Shown piece by piece: positions 1 to 10,058 of a DNA stretch of 64,000 nt (the first letter of the stretch is position 1; each line of letters begins with the position of its first letter). The notes under the pieces were generated by a model. It was not told the DNA's origin, searched no databases, and saw only the letters and a program-made list of their open reading frames with translations. This DNA comes from an uncultured virus (IMG/VR IMGVR_UViG_3300025927_000001) (Duplodnaviria; Heunggongvirae; Uroviricota; Caudoviricetes). Position numbers and translations under genes: made by a program. The DNA is taken from the IMG/VR virus record IMGVR_UViG_3300025927_000001, one strand, 5' to 3'.

Positions 1-70
1 GAAAACAGGTCCACCAACTCACACCGGTATGGTTTTCCATTCACGGTCAGCGTTAGCACCTTCAACGGTT

Positions 71-565
71 CTATCCCTCAATTCTTCGTGCGGTCGCAGC
101 CACGGCTTCAGTAACACTGGCTTCGACAGTGGGGATGACCGCGTCGACCGGTTTCGACCACCAACCAGCGTTGACCTTCTCGTCATACCAATGCGCGGTG
201 TTGCCGAACAGTGGGTGCCGGACGATGCCCTCATCGAGCAACGCAATGTTGTGCGTTGACGCAGCGGTCGTGGTGACCGTCACTGAACCCACATCAGAAT
301 GCGACGACTGGCTGATCTGGGTGTGTTCGGTCAACCACGGACCTAAAGCACCACCGCCGAGATGCGCGAGGTGTTTCGGGAGTATCGCCACTGCGTTATC
401 TAGGGCGGCTTGCGGTAAACCCGCGACGGCGCGGGTGATCGCGTTGTTCAACTCCCGGTCAAGTCCCGCGTCCGCCGCTTCCGTCGCCCGAGCCGCCGCC
501 GCAGTGAACTGGTCATCACCGGTCACGGTCAACGAAATCGGTAACTGCGTCACAGTCACTCCCAA
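71..565 (-). CDS. Putative neck/tail-completion protein (HK97 gp10-like)
   Basis: Lies in the tail operon; RHPLFGN..W..G.W motif seen in actinophage minor tail genes. Confidence 0.55.
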   Translation of the reverse strand: MGVTVTQLPISLTVTGDDQFTAAAARATEAADAGLDRELNNAITRAVAGLPQAALDNAVAILPKHLAHLGGGALGPWLTEHTQISQSSHSDVGSVTVTTTAASTHNIALLDEGIVRHPLFGNTAHWYDEKVNAGWWSKPVDAVIPTVEASVTEAVAATARRIEG

Positions 566-876
566 TCCGGGTTCCGGATCAAACCGACGCTGCGACCCCG
601 ACCCTCATTCATTTCCGGTGCCTGCTCGGTGCGTTCCAGCGCGATACACCCTTCGCATTCGATGATGCGAGGTAGGTACGCGCGCCGGTGACCGCCTTCG
701 TCTTCGTCCCACTCCTCCGGTCGGGTCATGCACCGGGGACACTCTTTGCGTTTCCGCAACCACCACCAGATCGCTTTGTCCCGATCGTCACTGGACCGGG
801 ACAAAAACTGGGTGTGGAAAATCCGGTACTCCGCGCAGACCGCCAGCTCAAGCTGCAACTGCCAATCCGCGTCTAA
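556..876 (-). CDS. Tail assembly chaperone, -1 frameshift extension (gpGT-like)
   Basis: Open -1 frame continuing from the slippery run A AAA AAA at 879-885 (…RLDADWQLQLELAVC…). Confidence 0.8.
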   Translation of the reverse strand, partial: LDADWQLQLELAVCAEYRIFHTQFLSRSSDDRDKAIWWWLRKRKECPRCMTRPEEWDEDEGGHRRAYLPRIIECEGCIALERTEQAPEMNEGRGRSVGLIRNPDWE

Positions 877-1319
877 CCTTTTTTTAGGTTAATGTCCGGT
901 ACCCGGTAGTTGATTTCCCACGCGGCATTGAACAGCGAGTTCACTTCACCGGAGTTCAAAGACCCCGTGGTGGTGTACTCCGCCCATTCCGCTTCAGTGA
1001 TATCCGAGTCCACGCACGCCGCCAACAACGCTGGAACGAACGTCGCCGGATCCCACTCCGCTTTCTTATCCCGGTCGCGTTGAATATCAGTGGGTGGGTG
1101 CGCGGCCCGAAGCTCCTCCATCGTCTTCGGGGCGACCGCGGTGATCGTGACCTGCTCATAACACGCATCGACCACCGCTTGAGCGGCAGCGACCCGAGCG
1201 TCGTCCCCAGCGGCCTGAGCCGCGGCGAGTTCCGCGCGGGCCGCGGTGTCGTCGTCGATCCGCAACGAATACGTGGTACTGGGCCGTTTCCGGTTGGCAA
1301 GCCGATCCTTCAGGCTCAC
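873..1319 (-). CDS. Tail assembly chaperone (gpG-like)
   Basis: Directly downstream of major tail gene; ends CTA AAA AAA GGT TAG. Confidence 0.85.
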   Translation of the reverse strand: MSLKDRLANRKRPSTTYSLRIDDDTAARAELAAAQAAGDDARVAAAQAVVDACYEQVTITAVAPKTMEELRAAHPPTDIQRDRDKKAEWDPATFVPALLAACVDSDITEAEWAEYTTTGSLNSGEVNSLFNAAWEINYRVPDINLKKG

Positions 1320-1807
1320 GCCGGGACAACCACACCTTGGGCGGGCTGACGAGTAATCGCGAACTCAACAAGCACCTTCGACGCGGCTTTACCGTCAGCG
1401 GTGCGCTTCACACCATTCGCGGTCACCGTGATCGGATACACCTCGGCCTTATTCGACACAATGTCGCCGCCGTCGAGGAACATGATGTAACCGGTCGTGC
1501 CACGAGGCAGCAAGGTCCGGACATCAACACCCGTCTTCGATGTGTAGAACGTAATATCCGACTTCGGTGAATCAGTCGAACCAGGAATGGACGACTTGAA
1601 CAACGTCGCCATGTCGGGCGTGTCGATCTGCGCCGCGGTGACGGTCCAACCGGTGATGTCATTAACTTCACCGGACAGGTCAGTTCCTGCGTTCATCTCC
1701 GCGCGGGTCGGCGTCAAGTTCGTTGCCGCGATCGACGGGAGGTAATACAGCTTCGTTACTGCTTGGTCGGTGAAACGGGTGCTCGCGGTCAACGTAGGTG
1801 TCGGCAT
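1316..1807 (-). CDS. Major tail (tube) protein
   Basis: PTRAEMNAGTDLS..I.GW and TPD…IPG motifs typical of actinophage tail tube proteins; synteny. Confidence 0.85.
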   Translation of the reverse strand: MPTPTLTASTRFTDQAVTKLYYLPSIAATNLTPTRAEMNAGTDLSGEVNDITGWTVTAAQIDTPDMATLFKSSIPGSTDSPKSDITFYTSKTGVDVRTLLPRGTTGYIMFLDGGDIVSNKAEVYPITVTANGVKRTADGKAASKVLVEFAITRQPAQGVVVPA

Positions 1808-1810
1808 CGT

Positions 1811-2116
1811 TTACTCCTCACCATCTGCTTCGGTCGGGGTTTCGGGCCGCCGTTCCGGGAAGATGGGGGCAGCGGTAAAAGAATCAAATTGGGAACTTTT
1901 TGGGAGACTGTTATCGGTTACGGGCCCCATTGGTGTGTTGAGGTCGGGCAAACCGGCTTCGGTGTCCTGATCGGCGTCGCCGGCCTCGTTGGCTAGTTCA
2001 GGCAAAGGCGGCGGGTCGGTAACCAACCAACCCGACCGCATATGGCCGTCAACGGCTTGTTCGGGGACCTGAATGAGCGCGTCCGGCAGGGTCGGGTGAT
2101 CCATCCAAACAGTCAT
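1811..2116 (-). CDS. Hypothetical virion-operon protein
   Basis: Tightly packed ORF; N-terminal HPTLP…V….GW motif. Confidence 0.6.
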   Translation of the reverse strand: MTVWMDHPTLPDALIQVPEQAVDGHMRSGWLVTDPPPLPELANEAGDADQDTEAGLPDLNTPMGPVTDNSLPKSSQFDSFTAAPIFPERRPETPTEADGEE

Positions 2117-2625
2117 TAGACGCTCGCCCCGATCAGGATCACGTCGTAAGTCACCCCAGTACCGGCGGCACTGTTAGTGAACAACAGGAGGTCAGCTGTC
2201 GCGGCGGTAACCGCGTAAGCAGTCGCGTCAGGGGCGTAAAGCGCGAACACGCCGCCGGGGCGGACAGTCACGGTGTGCGTCGCGCCACCAACCCATGTAA
2301 TGAACCCATTTGTGGCGGAGTTACCCACAATGACGTTGTTGGTGTTACCGGCCGCCGCGGCCACGACCATCGCTTTGATACGTGCAAAGGTGACCGTCGC
2401 GCCGAAAATGTCAGTCAGCACACCAGCGAGGTCCAAGGTCGCCGTACCGGACGCGGCCAAAGTCGGTTGAGCGTGGTAGATCCGGTCCGCCTGGTTCGCG
2501 CCGGTACCAGTGGACAGCAACATTTGATAGTTGCGGGCGATTTGCGCGACGCCCGTGCTCAGGGCAAGCGCGCTACTTTGTGAACCTGTCACCGACAGGC
2601 TCACACTGCTGGTGTCTAGTGCCAT
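2116..2625 (-). CDS. Putative structural protein (beta-rich, Ala/Thr/Gly-rich)
   Basis: ATG at 2625 preceded by GGAGG; composition typical of virion proteins. Confidence 0.65.
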   Translation of the reverse strand: MALDTSSVSLSVTGSQSSALALSTGVAQIARNYQMLLSTGTGANQADRIYHAQPTLAASGTATLDLAGVLTDIFGATVTFARIKAMVVAAAAGNTNNVIVGNSATNGFITWVGGATHTVTVRPGGVFALYAPDATAYAVTAATADLLLFTNSAAGTGVTYDVILIGASV

Positions 2626-2854
2626 TCCGGTTGCCTCCGATTGGGCATGGGTAAGAGCCCGCACGAAGGCGGGTTAGACAAACAAATGGGTACTAATTAC
2701 GGCGGTGGTGGCTGTGGATCGCAGAGGACCCACCCGCAGTGTTGGAGACCGGCCGTGGCTTCTACAGGTTCGTAAATAAGCTGATCCGGTGGTAGCAGCG
2801 GGTTGGTCAGCCATATAAAAATGTCGTCGATGTCGTCAGCCTCCCATCGAACTA

Positions 2855-3232
2855 TCAAAACGCAGACAGTTCCATTTGCACCGTGAACTGGTACGCCGGA
2901 ACCGGCCCATCAGGGCCGTGATACAAAACCGGCGCAGCCGACAGAACAGCAGCTAAGGTGCCTTTGTCGATCGCCGCAGCCACCGCAGGTACCAAATCAA
3001 TCAACACTTCAGCCGCGTACTCATTCAACTCATAAGTCAAATACACGTTCCATTGGGCGGTTTTCGGTAAACCGTCGTTAGTGAACCCGTGCCACATCAA
3101 CCTCGGTGGCGCGATGATCACCGCTGGTGGTGGAACTGACCGGCCGATGCTGGTCGTTACCCGCAAATCCGGCAGCGACGCCGTCAACGCGTCAGCGATG
3201 GATTGCCCTGCCCGCGAGATCACGTTCGTCAC
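2855..3232 (-). CDS. Putative tail terminator/head-tail joining protein
   Basis: Size and position after the connector gene. Confidence 0.55.
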   Translation of the reverse strand: MTNVISRAGQSIADALTASLPDLRVTTSIGRSVPPPAVIIAPPRLMWHGFTNDGLPKTAQWNVYLTYELNEYAAEVLIDLVPAVAAAIDKGTLAAVLSAAPVLYHGPDGPVPAYQFTVQMELSAF

Positions 3233-3564
3233 GCGAGGCCACCCACGATCCCCAACAGCATGTAAATGTCGGGGTCAGCGCGCATCATTTCGATCATCGA
3301 CACTGACCCGCTGGTGAACCTCACATTGGGTGCGACGACCCGACGCACGAACCAGCGGGCAGCTAACCGGATAGTCCCGAGGCGAACATCCGCGGGAACC
3401 GACCACGCGCCGTGGTAATCCAAATCCGGGCGGTGCGCCTGGACCCAGACCATCGCCGCATCCAACGTCCGCTGCAACGCCACATCGTCACGAGTGGTGA
3501 GCTGCCCATCGAGGACTTGATCACTTTTCAGGTCCGCGAGGGTCACCCAAGTCGGGCTTGCCAT
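3229..3564 (-). CDS. Head-tail connector (gp6/gp15-like)
   Basis: V.LADLK…DD..LQ..LDAA…VP.DV.LG..RLAAR.F.RR pattern. Confidence 0.75.
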   Translation of the reverse strand: MASPTWVTLADLKSDQVLDGQLTTRDDVALQRTLDAAMVWVQAHRPDLDYHGAWSVPADVRLGTIRLAARWFVRRVVAPNVRFTSGSVSMIEMMRADPDIYMLLGIVGGLA

Positions 3565-3585
3565 CAGCTCACACCTCTCCTTGGT

Positions 3586-3915
3586 CTACTTAGCGGCAGG
3601 AGCAGGCGCAGCAGCAGGAGCCGCCGCTGGGGCCGTGACCACCGGGGCGGTCACATCCGGCTTCCCGGAACTACGCCCAACAGGGCCTTTATCGCCAGCC
3701 GCGAACGCCGCAGGATCACCGGTAAACCCGGCTTCTTTCAGGTCCCGGTCGATCCCAACAATCCGGTCGGTTTGCCCATACGCCACCGCATTAGCGCGCT
3801 CATTAAGCATCCGGCGAACATCACCCGCAGCCGCGTAAGCAACACCCGGAATCCCGCCATCAGCCGTCGATGAAGAACCAGCGGTAGTCACCTTGTCGTC
3901 CTTAGGGGTAGTCAT
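3586..3915 (-). CDS. Hypothetical protein (Ala/Pro-rich C-terminus)
   Basis: Overlapping start/stop coupling in the head operon. Confidence 0.6.
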   Translation of the reverse strand: MTTPKDDKVTTAGSSSTADGGIPGVAYAAAGDVRRMLNERANAVAYGQTDRIVGIDRDLKEAGFTGDPAAFAAGDKGPVGRSSGKPDVTAPVVTAPAAAPAAAPAPAAK

Positions 3916-4268
3916 GCTGGGATCACCATCACAGCGACGCTGTACGTCGCGGTCGTCGCCGCACCAGCCTCAGTCGACGTCACCCGCACATACTCGTTAT
4001 TCACCGCAGCTGTCGCGATGGCATTACCAGCCGCGGTCAACGCAGTGATCGCGCTACCAGGAATCAACGTCCATGTCGTACCATCCGGGGAAGACTCCAA
4101 CGCCGCAGTCACCGTCGCAGACCCACTCACCGCAGTAACATGCACATAAAGCATCACCCACTGCGCGTACCCAGCATTAGCGACCGGACCCGCCTTATAA
4201 GTACCCGGCACCTGCGCAACATACGTCGCAAGCGGCTCGACCAAAGCTGTTCTCAACCCTGCTACCAT
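3912..4268 (-). CDS. Putative capsid decoration/structural protein
   Basis: ATG at 4268 with RBS; LESSPDGTTW…YVRV beta-sandwich-like motif. Confidence 0.6.
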   Translation of the reverse strand: MVAGLRTALVEPLATYVAQVPGTYKAGPVANAGYAQWVMLYVHVTAVSGSATVTAALESSPDGTTWTLIPGSAITALTAAGNAIATAAVNNEYVRVTSTEAGAATTATYSVAVMVIPA

Positions 4269-4281
4269 AAGGTTTCCCCTC

Positions 4282-4485
4282 TTAAAGTGCGGTCGGGGTG
4301 ATGAGCGCGTCCACGCCAGCCTTCGCCGCCGCCAAATTCGCCCCGAAGCTCGCCGTAAAGTAATTCTCGCCTTCGTAATAAAACCGGGCGGTGCCGTCAG
4401 CTTGCGGTGTAATCCGATGAACACTGTTCAAGTTAAAATACGCACTCGTATCGTTGAGCTTCACGAACTGAACCGACAAAGCCAT
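4282..4485 (-). CDS. Hypothetical protein
   Basis: ORF with AAGGGG RBS downstream of capsid gene. Confidence 0.6.
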   Translation of the reverse strand: MALSVQFVKLNDTSAYFNLNSVHRITPQADGTARFYYEGENYFTASFGANLAAAKAGVDALITPTAL

Positions 4486-4585
4486 ACCGCCCCTTTTCTA
4501 ACACCTAAACAACGAAGCAAGGTCAGCACCGTGTACCAACCTTGCCTCGACTCCCTATTCATTTCGAAATAGCTACACCAGCATT

Positions 4586-6352
4586 CTAGAATGCTGGGCT
4601 GATCATGCCCGAACCACCAATTACGGAATTAGCGTTCGGGTACCGCCGGAATGAATAAGCGAAATATCCATAGAGCACTAGCAGTACTCCAAGATTAGCA
4701 GCGGACGGTTGTTCGCAACGCAAGAACACTGGGGCAGATGGGTCTTCCCAGAGGTGGCATTCCTGTGTTGAAACCACGAACAGCTGATCTTCTGTACCGG
4801 CGCCGAGTGTGGTCCCGATGTTATTATCGGCGATCGCGACCATCCCATTTGGTAGCACGCCGCGGGCGCCATGACCGTACGTGGCCGCAACGTTTTCACC
4901 GGCGGCGACACCGCCGATGCCGGGCTGACCGAACATGGGCCATTGACTGGTCAGCTGAGCTGACAGCCAGTACCAGCGCCGACTGTGCATGATTACAGCG
5001 TTGGGTTGGGCGAATCCGAGTAGCGCGGATTCTGATGCGGCCGCACCTTGGAGCAGCTTCGGCCATAGCGCTTCACCGGATGGTGCGGAGTCGGTGTAGG
5101 TGATGGCGTTGGCTACGGCAGCGAGACCGGTCGTGGCCTGGTTGATGAGGGTCGAATCAACAGCTGTTGCGTAACGACGGTACAAGTCGTCCATGACGAC
5201 TTCTTCGATTCCGGTACCCCGCTCGATCGCGGCGCGGGAGACGATTTGCTGACCGGCAGCGGTTTGCACGTTTTCGGTAAGCAACGTGTCTGCCATGTCG
5301 GTGCTCGACACCGCCGAGTTCTGCGACGCCTGCAACGCCACCGAGGCTGGGGTTGTGATCCTGGAAATGTTGATGGTCATACCGTCCGCCGGCAGATCGT
5401 GGTGATTACAGGCGTCCGCGAAGGGACGCATAGCGGCCACCGCCGGTGCATACATTTCGGTTAGATACTGCGGAACTGTCAATCCGGTGAATGCACCGGT
5501 GCCGACTGCACGGGTCAGGTACTGGCCGCGTTCGACCTTTTCTTCGGCCATGTGTCGGGAAACCCGGTCCTTGGCGTTGGCGTCGCCAAGGAACATGTTG
5601 ACGGCGTCCTTCATGAACTGGACACCCTTGCGGTCGTTACCGGGGTGGTAGGTGCGTTCCTCGGCGCCGACGCGCGCCACTTCATCGTATGCGGGCTTCT
5701 TCACGCCAGTCGACTTAACTTCACGGCTGATCCGTTGCGTTTCGACTTCTTCGGCCTTCACTCGTTGGGCGTTGCCGAGCTGGACCTCAATGGCCTTCAT
5801 TTTGTCTTTGGCGTCTTTGCGGGCCGCAACGAGGCTGCGCACGTGAGTGTCTTCATCAGCGGTGAGGTTGAGCCGCCCGGCGTTCTCAGCCATTTCGGTG
5901 ATGGCTTCGATTCCGGCGGTGGCGCTGTCCCGGGAACGCCGTTGGGTGTCGAGTTCAGCCTCGATCCCCGAGATCATTTCATCGATAGTCGCCGGCATGG
6001 CGGCCGTCCTTTCGTTTTCCTTTGGGTGACCGCCGTCGGCGGATACTTTCGCGGCGTCGTCTAAATGGGCCTGTATGTGCGCTTTAACTCCAGCGTCATC
6101 GGTGCTTGGGATGTCCGCTGAGCTCAAACGGGCTAGGGCGTTTCGGCAGCCATTGAGATTCGCCGGTCCGCCTTGAGATGTGTGATGGGGAAATGAGAAG
6201 CTGTTTTTCGCGGCGGGATCGCCGGACGAATCCACCCACGCGTAGCAGTACCGGTAGGTGGCTTCGTCGTGGTCGGGCATCGCCGCCACAGCGGCAGGAC
6301 CGTCCCAAGTGCCTTTAGTTGTTGCGGTGTGATGCACGGCAATAGCACCCAC
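4586..6352 (-). CDS. Major capsid protein (HK97 fold) with in-frame N-terminal extra domain; alternative start at 5998
   Basis: Coiled-coil delta-like region, G.TVPQYL…RPFAD, AVIMHSRRW motifs; follows prohead protease. Confidence 0.9.
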   Translation of the reverse strand: MGAIAVHHTATTKGTWDGPAAVAAMPDHDEATYRYCYAWVDSSGDPAAKNSFSFPHHTSQGGPANLNGCRNALARLSSADIPSTDDAGVKAHIQAHLDDAAKVSADGGHPKENERTAAMPATIDEMISGIEAELDTQRRSRDSATAGIEAITEMAENAGRLNLTADEDTHVRSLVAARKDAKDKMKAIEVQLGNAQRVKAEEVETQRISREVKSTGVKKPAYDEVARVGAEERTYHPGNDRKGVQFMKDAVNMFLGDANAKDRVSRHMAEEKVERGQYLTRAVGTGAFTGLTVPQYLTEMYAPAVAAMRPFADACNHHDLPADGMTINISRITTPASVALQASQNSAVSSTDMADTLLTENVQTAAGQQIVSRAAIERGTGIEEVVMDDLYRRYATAVDSTLINQATTGLAAVANAITYTDSAPSGEALWPKLLQGAAASESALLGFAQPNAVIMHSRRWYWLSAQLTSQWPMFGQPGIGGVAAGENVAATYGHGARGVLPNGMVAIADNNIGTTLGAGTEDQLFVVSTQECHLWEDPSAPVFLRCEQPSAANLGVLLVLYGYFAYSFRRYPNANSVIGGSGMISPAF

Positions 6353-6400
6353 CCGGCACCTTCTTTCTCGGTTTCCGATGTGGGGCTGTGCGGTGTTCGG

Positions 6401-7249
6401 TTATTCGTCGGCGAGCAGTGCTGTTCTCACCAGGTTGATGGACCGGCCCATCACTGGGGGCTCGGCGGGTGCTTGCACCACTGGGGCCGGCGGGGCTTGA
6501 CGTGCCAGCAGGCCCCCGTTGTCTCCGGTGGGGTCGAGCCGGACCTGCAAATGCCGCATCGCGATGCGGGCAGCACCGGAAGGCAACCGATCCACTTCGT
6601 CTACGATCCGCCGCGCCCGCGCCGAAATGCTGGTCGTCGGATTAGCGCCGTAGTTCACAGCGGACACGTCACCGCAATGCAAATTCAGGGCGAGCATCGT
6701 GAACTCGGTGTAGTCGTCGTTCCATTGGCCCTCTTCGAGCATCGCCGCGAAACTCATTTGGTCGATGCAGCGATCGTTGATGGCCAACGCGAGGTCGCTG
6801 ACGTCGCTGCGGGCGGGGTTGAGCCACGCGTCGGTGATAAGCCCTTCCGGTCCAGCGGAAAGGGTGAGGGTCCCGTTGGTGGTTCGGGCCATCGTCAAAC
6901 CGGTGTGGTTAACAAGGAAAGCCACGTCGGGTTTGCGTGCCAACGATGCGGTGAACGCGCTCGACGCCACCTTCTCGACGTAGGGACCGAACATGTCCCA
7001 CATTTCGTAAGGTGTTTCCGTTGTTGACGCGACACCGGACAGGTGATGCCACGCCTGGTCTTCGTCGGCGCTACCGGTGCGCTTCTCCAGGGTGGAGCGG
7101 AGCACCGCTGGGAAAGTCATGCGACGTACCAGGCCAACGTCGAGCGGTGGTGCGCTACGTGCCCGTGCGATGCCTTCGGGGCTGGTGTCGGAGACCGCTT
7201 CACGGCGCGCACGAGATGCTTGTTCCCGAGCCACTTCAATGTCGATCAT
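6401..7249 (-). CDS. Prohead protease (HK97 family)
   Basis: FLVNH, MART, QMSFA, DVSAVNYGANPTT motifs. Confidence 0.9.
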   Translation of the reverse strand: MIDIEVAREQASRARREAVSDTSPEGIARARSAPPLDVGLVRRMTFPAVLRSTLEKRTGSADEDQAWHHLSGVASTTETPYEMWDMFGPYVEKVASSAFTASLARKPDVAFLVNHTGLTMARTTNGTLTLSAGPEGLITDAWLNPARSDVSDLALAINDRCIDQMSFAAMLEEGQWNDDYTEFTMLALNLHCGDVSAVNYGANPTTSISARARRIVDEVDRLPSGAARIAMRHLQVRLDPTGDNGGLLARQAPPAPVVQAPAEPPVMGRSINLVRTALLADE

Positions 7250-7282
7250 TCATACGCTCCTTGAAAGCGGGTCCGGGCCGGT

Positions 7283-7714
7283 TTAGAAACCGCTCGGTGT
7301 GTTCGGTTCGCCGGTGGAGTTATTCGCGGGAGTGTCGGCGTTGGCGTTGGCGTCGTAACCGTGTTCGTTACCGTGCATCGGCTTGAAGTCACCACCGTCA
7401 CCAGCGGCGTTTTTGACGTCAGAGTTCTTCTTGTGGTTCGGCTTCCCGGTGTCCTTGCCGCCACCGGGGTTGTCGGGGCCCCCGGGGTCGTTGTCTTCGT
7501 TTTCACCGGTCAAACCGGGCTTGCCCGCCATGACGTCAGCTGGTTTCTTGCTGCCCTTGCTGGGGGTGTCAGAGGTGTCGGGAGTGGCCGCGCGGGTGAC
7601 GTCACGGAACACTCCGTGTGCCTGGGCCCGGGTCGGCACAGCAGTGGAAGCGCCCCGTTGCGCAGCGGTTTGAGCCGCCGCACGGAAAGCGGTTTGGCGT
7701 GCGTTGTTACTCAT
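7283..7714 (-). CDS. Hypothetical low-complexity protein
   Basis: AAAGGAG RBS; between portal and protease genes. Confidence 0.6.
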   Translation of the reverse strand: MSNNARQTAFRAAAQTAAQRGASTAVPTRAQAHGVFRDVTRAATPDTSDTPSKGSKKPADVMAGKPGLTGENEDNDPGGPDNPGGGKDTGKPNHKKNSDVKNAAGDGGDFKPMHGNEHGYDANANADTPANNSTGEPNTPSGF

Positions 7715-7798
7715 TCATTAACTCCTTTGGACATAGGCCGCCCCGAAGGGATTACTACAGTTACCGGCATGGATGAACAGCTCGCCAGGCTTCGAGCG

Positions 7799-7954
7799 CT
7801 AGTGCAGTAGTGCGAACATCACAGCGAGCGCGAAAGCAACGACGGAAATGATGCGGGATGTGGTTGCCGCTGACGGTGCGGGCAGCAGGAAGCTCAGCGC
7901 GAGGAGTAGCAGCCCGGCGGCGATAGCGACCGAATAATAGGTGGCGACGTCCAC
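7799..7954 (-). CDS. Small two-TM membrane protein (51 aa)
   Basis: Hand-translated VDVATYYSVAIAAGLLLLALSF…FALLH; AAGGGG RBS. Confidence 0.5.
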   Translation of the reverse strand: MDVATYYSVAIAAGLLLLALSFLLPAPSAATTSRIISVVAFALAVMFALLH

Positions 7955-7982
7955 AGCTATGCCCCTTTTCACACAGCCCGGT

Positions 7983-9191
7983 TTAGAAGTCGGGTTGCAC
8001 GGTGGGTGGGTGATGACCAGCGGGTTTCGGTGGCCAGAAACGGTCGAATTCCTTCGCCTGCTCGTCCGTCAACGGTGGCCGGTCTTCGAGTAGCCGCGCC
8101 TCGGATGGTGTCAACACCCGGCCAGCGATTTGAAGGTTGATTGTTTGCGCGCGGGTCATTGGGTCCATTCGCAGCAGCGAATCTGTGTTCAGTTTGCAGA
8201 ACTGCTGCTTCGGGAGGAGCTTGTTCAAAGTGTTCTCGCGCCTGATCACCGCCGGGCCGAGTGACATCGTCAGGAATTGCAGGTTGCGTTGGGTCACGTT
8301 CGCGTAGGTGACGCTACTACCGGAAACAGCGCTATCGATGAGGTCCGCGGGGCAGTCAAAGAACCTGGCGATGTCCGTGGGCCCGAGTTTCCGGGCTTCG
8401 ATCCATTCCATTCCGGTTTGTTCCGCCTGGACCATCGAATAGGTCCAGTCCTTACCGGTCACTAACGCATCACCAGAGTGCACGGACTCCTTCAGGCGGG
8501 CTTTGATGCCTTCGGCTTGGGAGTCAGTGATCGTCGCTTGGGTGTTGTTCTGCAAATGGCTTCTCGGTATGCCACCTTGGGTGAACCACGAGATCGCGAA
8601 GTCTTGGATCGACAGGTGCTCCGAAATGCACCACGCCGCGAACATGATCGGTGACAAACCCAGGTGGAAACCAGCGACCGTGTATTGTTTTTCGTGCCAA
8701 ATCCGGTTCGGTGGGTACGGCTTACCGCGAATGTGGTATTCGATGAGTTTGTTGTCGACGATGTTGACGCCGACCCACGCTAACGGCACCAGCTCAATGC
8801 ACGCGGGTAGACCGAACCCGTTCACCGCGGTAATGATGCCTACGCTGTTCCCGGCCCTATCCAGGTCGAACTGCGTGGAATACATCCACTCCATGTAGTC
8901 GCATTCGTCGCCACCGGGTTTCACGATTATCGGTGGTTTGTTGACCTCGACGTCAGCTAGACCGTAGGAGCCTTTGCGGTACACGTCGATGGGGAACCCG
9001 GAAATGAGGTTCGCGCGTAGCCGTAAACACGCCCACACCGCGGAGTGCCTCAGGGCGCTTTCGTTGTTCACGAGGTGACCTGGGGCCAGTGCGGTACTGA
9101 TCCGCGGTGGAATCACACTGGACGCGGTAGCACCCGGGTACTCACCGAAAAACGGTCCCTCAATGTTCGCGGTACGAAAAAGGAGGCTCAC
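7983..9191 (-). CDS. Portal protein (HK97 family)
   Basis: ALRHSAVWAC..L.A, GLSPI, IARFF..P, TYAN..Q motifs. Confidence 0.95.
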   Translation of the reverse strand: MSLLFRTANIEGPFFGEYPGATASSVIPPRISTALAPGHLVNNESALRHSAVWACLRLRANLISGFPIDVYRKGSYGLADVEVNKPPIIVKPGGDECDYMEWMYSTQFDLDRAGNSVGIITAVNGFGLPACIELVPLAWVGVNIVDNKLIEYHIRGKPYPPNRIWHEKQYTVAGFHLGLSPIMFAAWCISEHLSIQDFAISWFTQGGIPRSHLQNNTQATITDSQAEGIKARLKESVHSGDALVTGKDWTYSMVQAEQTGMEWIEARKLGPTDIARFFDCPADLIDSAVSGSSVTYANVTQRNLQFLTMSLGPAVIRRENTLNKLLPKQQFCKLNTDSLLRMDPMTRAQTINLQIAGRVLTPSEARLLEDRPPLTDEQAKEFDRFWPPKPAGHHPPTVQPDF

Positions 9192-9391
9192 GGTTGTTTA
9201 CCTCCGGTCGGGGGTGGTCGTGGCCGCTGTTGGCGAGCTGACAAACCCGCTGCGCACAGCAGCACCGCACCGGACACCGCGAGGCCAACCCACCCGATCC
9301 AGGTGCCGGCTAGGACCCCGAGGCCAGCAGCGACCAGGAGAATCCCCATGGTTTCCAATACGACGATCAGCAGTTCGTTAATAAACGTCAA
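9188..9391 (-). CDS. Small membrane protein preceding portal
   Basis: Two hydrophobic segments; stop overlaps portal start. Confidence 0.65.
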   Translation of the reverse strand: MTFINELLIVVLETMGILLVAAGLGVLAGTWIGWVGLAVSGAVLLCAAGLSARQQRPRPPPTGGKQP

Positions 9392-9627
9392 CGGATCGGT
9401 TCCGGCACGTTCGGCTCCTCAAAGGGCCAGCGCAGTGGGTAAAAGTGCAACGGCTACGGTTGCGGCCATGACAATTCATGTGGTCTACGACCGGGACTGG
9501 ACGTGGTGGCTCAGCGAGGTGACATCACTGCTGCTCCTGGGCGTCGTGGTCGCGTTGCTCGTGCTACTAGTGGCGAACTGGCGCAGGGACTGCCGGAACA
9601 AACAGTGAGCCCGCATCGGGGACACGA

Positions 9628-9897
9628 TCAGGGCCTCCGAAGGCGTCGTGGCCTTGGACCGCCAGGAGGGTCACCGGTGAGGACCACAACCGCGAGGAAC
9701 AACACGATGAGCACACCGTGGGCGGCGAGCAGGAACCCGAGTCGGTTACCCGGACCGCGCCAAACCGACGCGGCACCGTTAAGACCCACGAACACCACCG
9801 TTGTTAGCGCACCCCGCCAGCTTTTGACCGCCCAACCCCACCCGAAGTACCGTTTAGGGCCGAACCACGCTGTGCGCGTTACGCGGTGGGAACGCAT
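9628..9897 (-). CDS. Hypothetical membrane protein (WFGPKR..GWGW motif)
   Basis: Aromatic N-terminal motif plus two hydrophobic segments. Confidence 0.55.
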   Translation of the reverse strand: MRSHRVTRTAWFGPKRYFGWGWAVKSWRGALTTVVFVGLNGAASVWRGPGNRLGFLLAAHGVLIVLFLAVVVLTGDPPGGPRPRRLRRP

Positions 9898-10058
9898 CGG
9901 GTGCGATCACGGAGCATTGGAGTCAGCGACCCTTTCGGTGCGGCAGTGGCCTGCAGGGCACGTAAAACCGACAGGGCGGGCATCAAATACCCGTGGGCGA
10001 GGTTGAAAACAGCGTCATCGATCATGCGTCGTTCTTGGGTGTTCATCACGCCTCGGAT

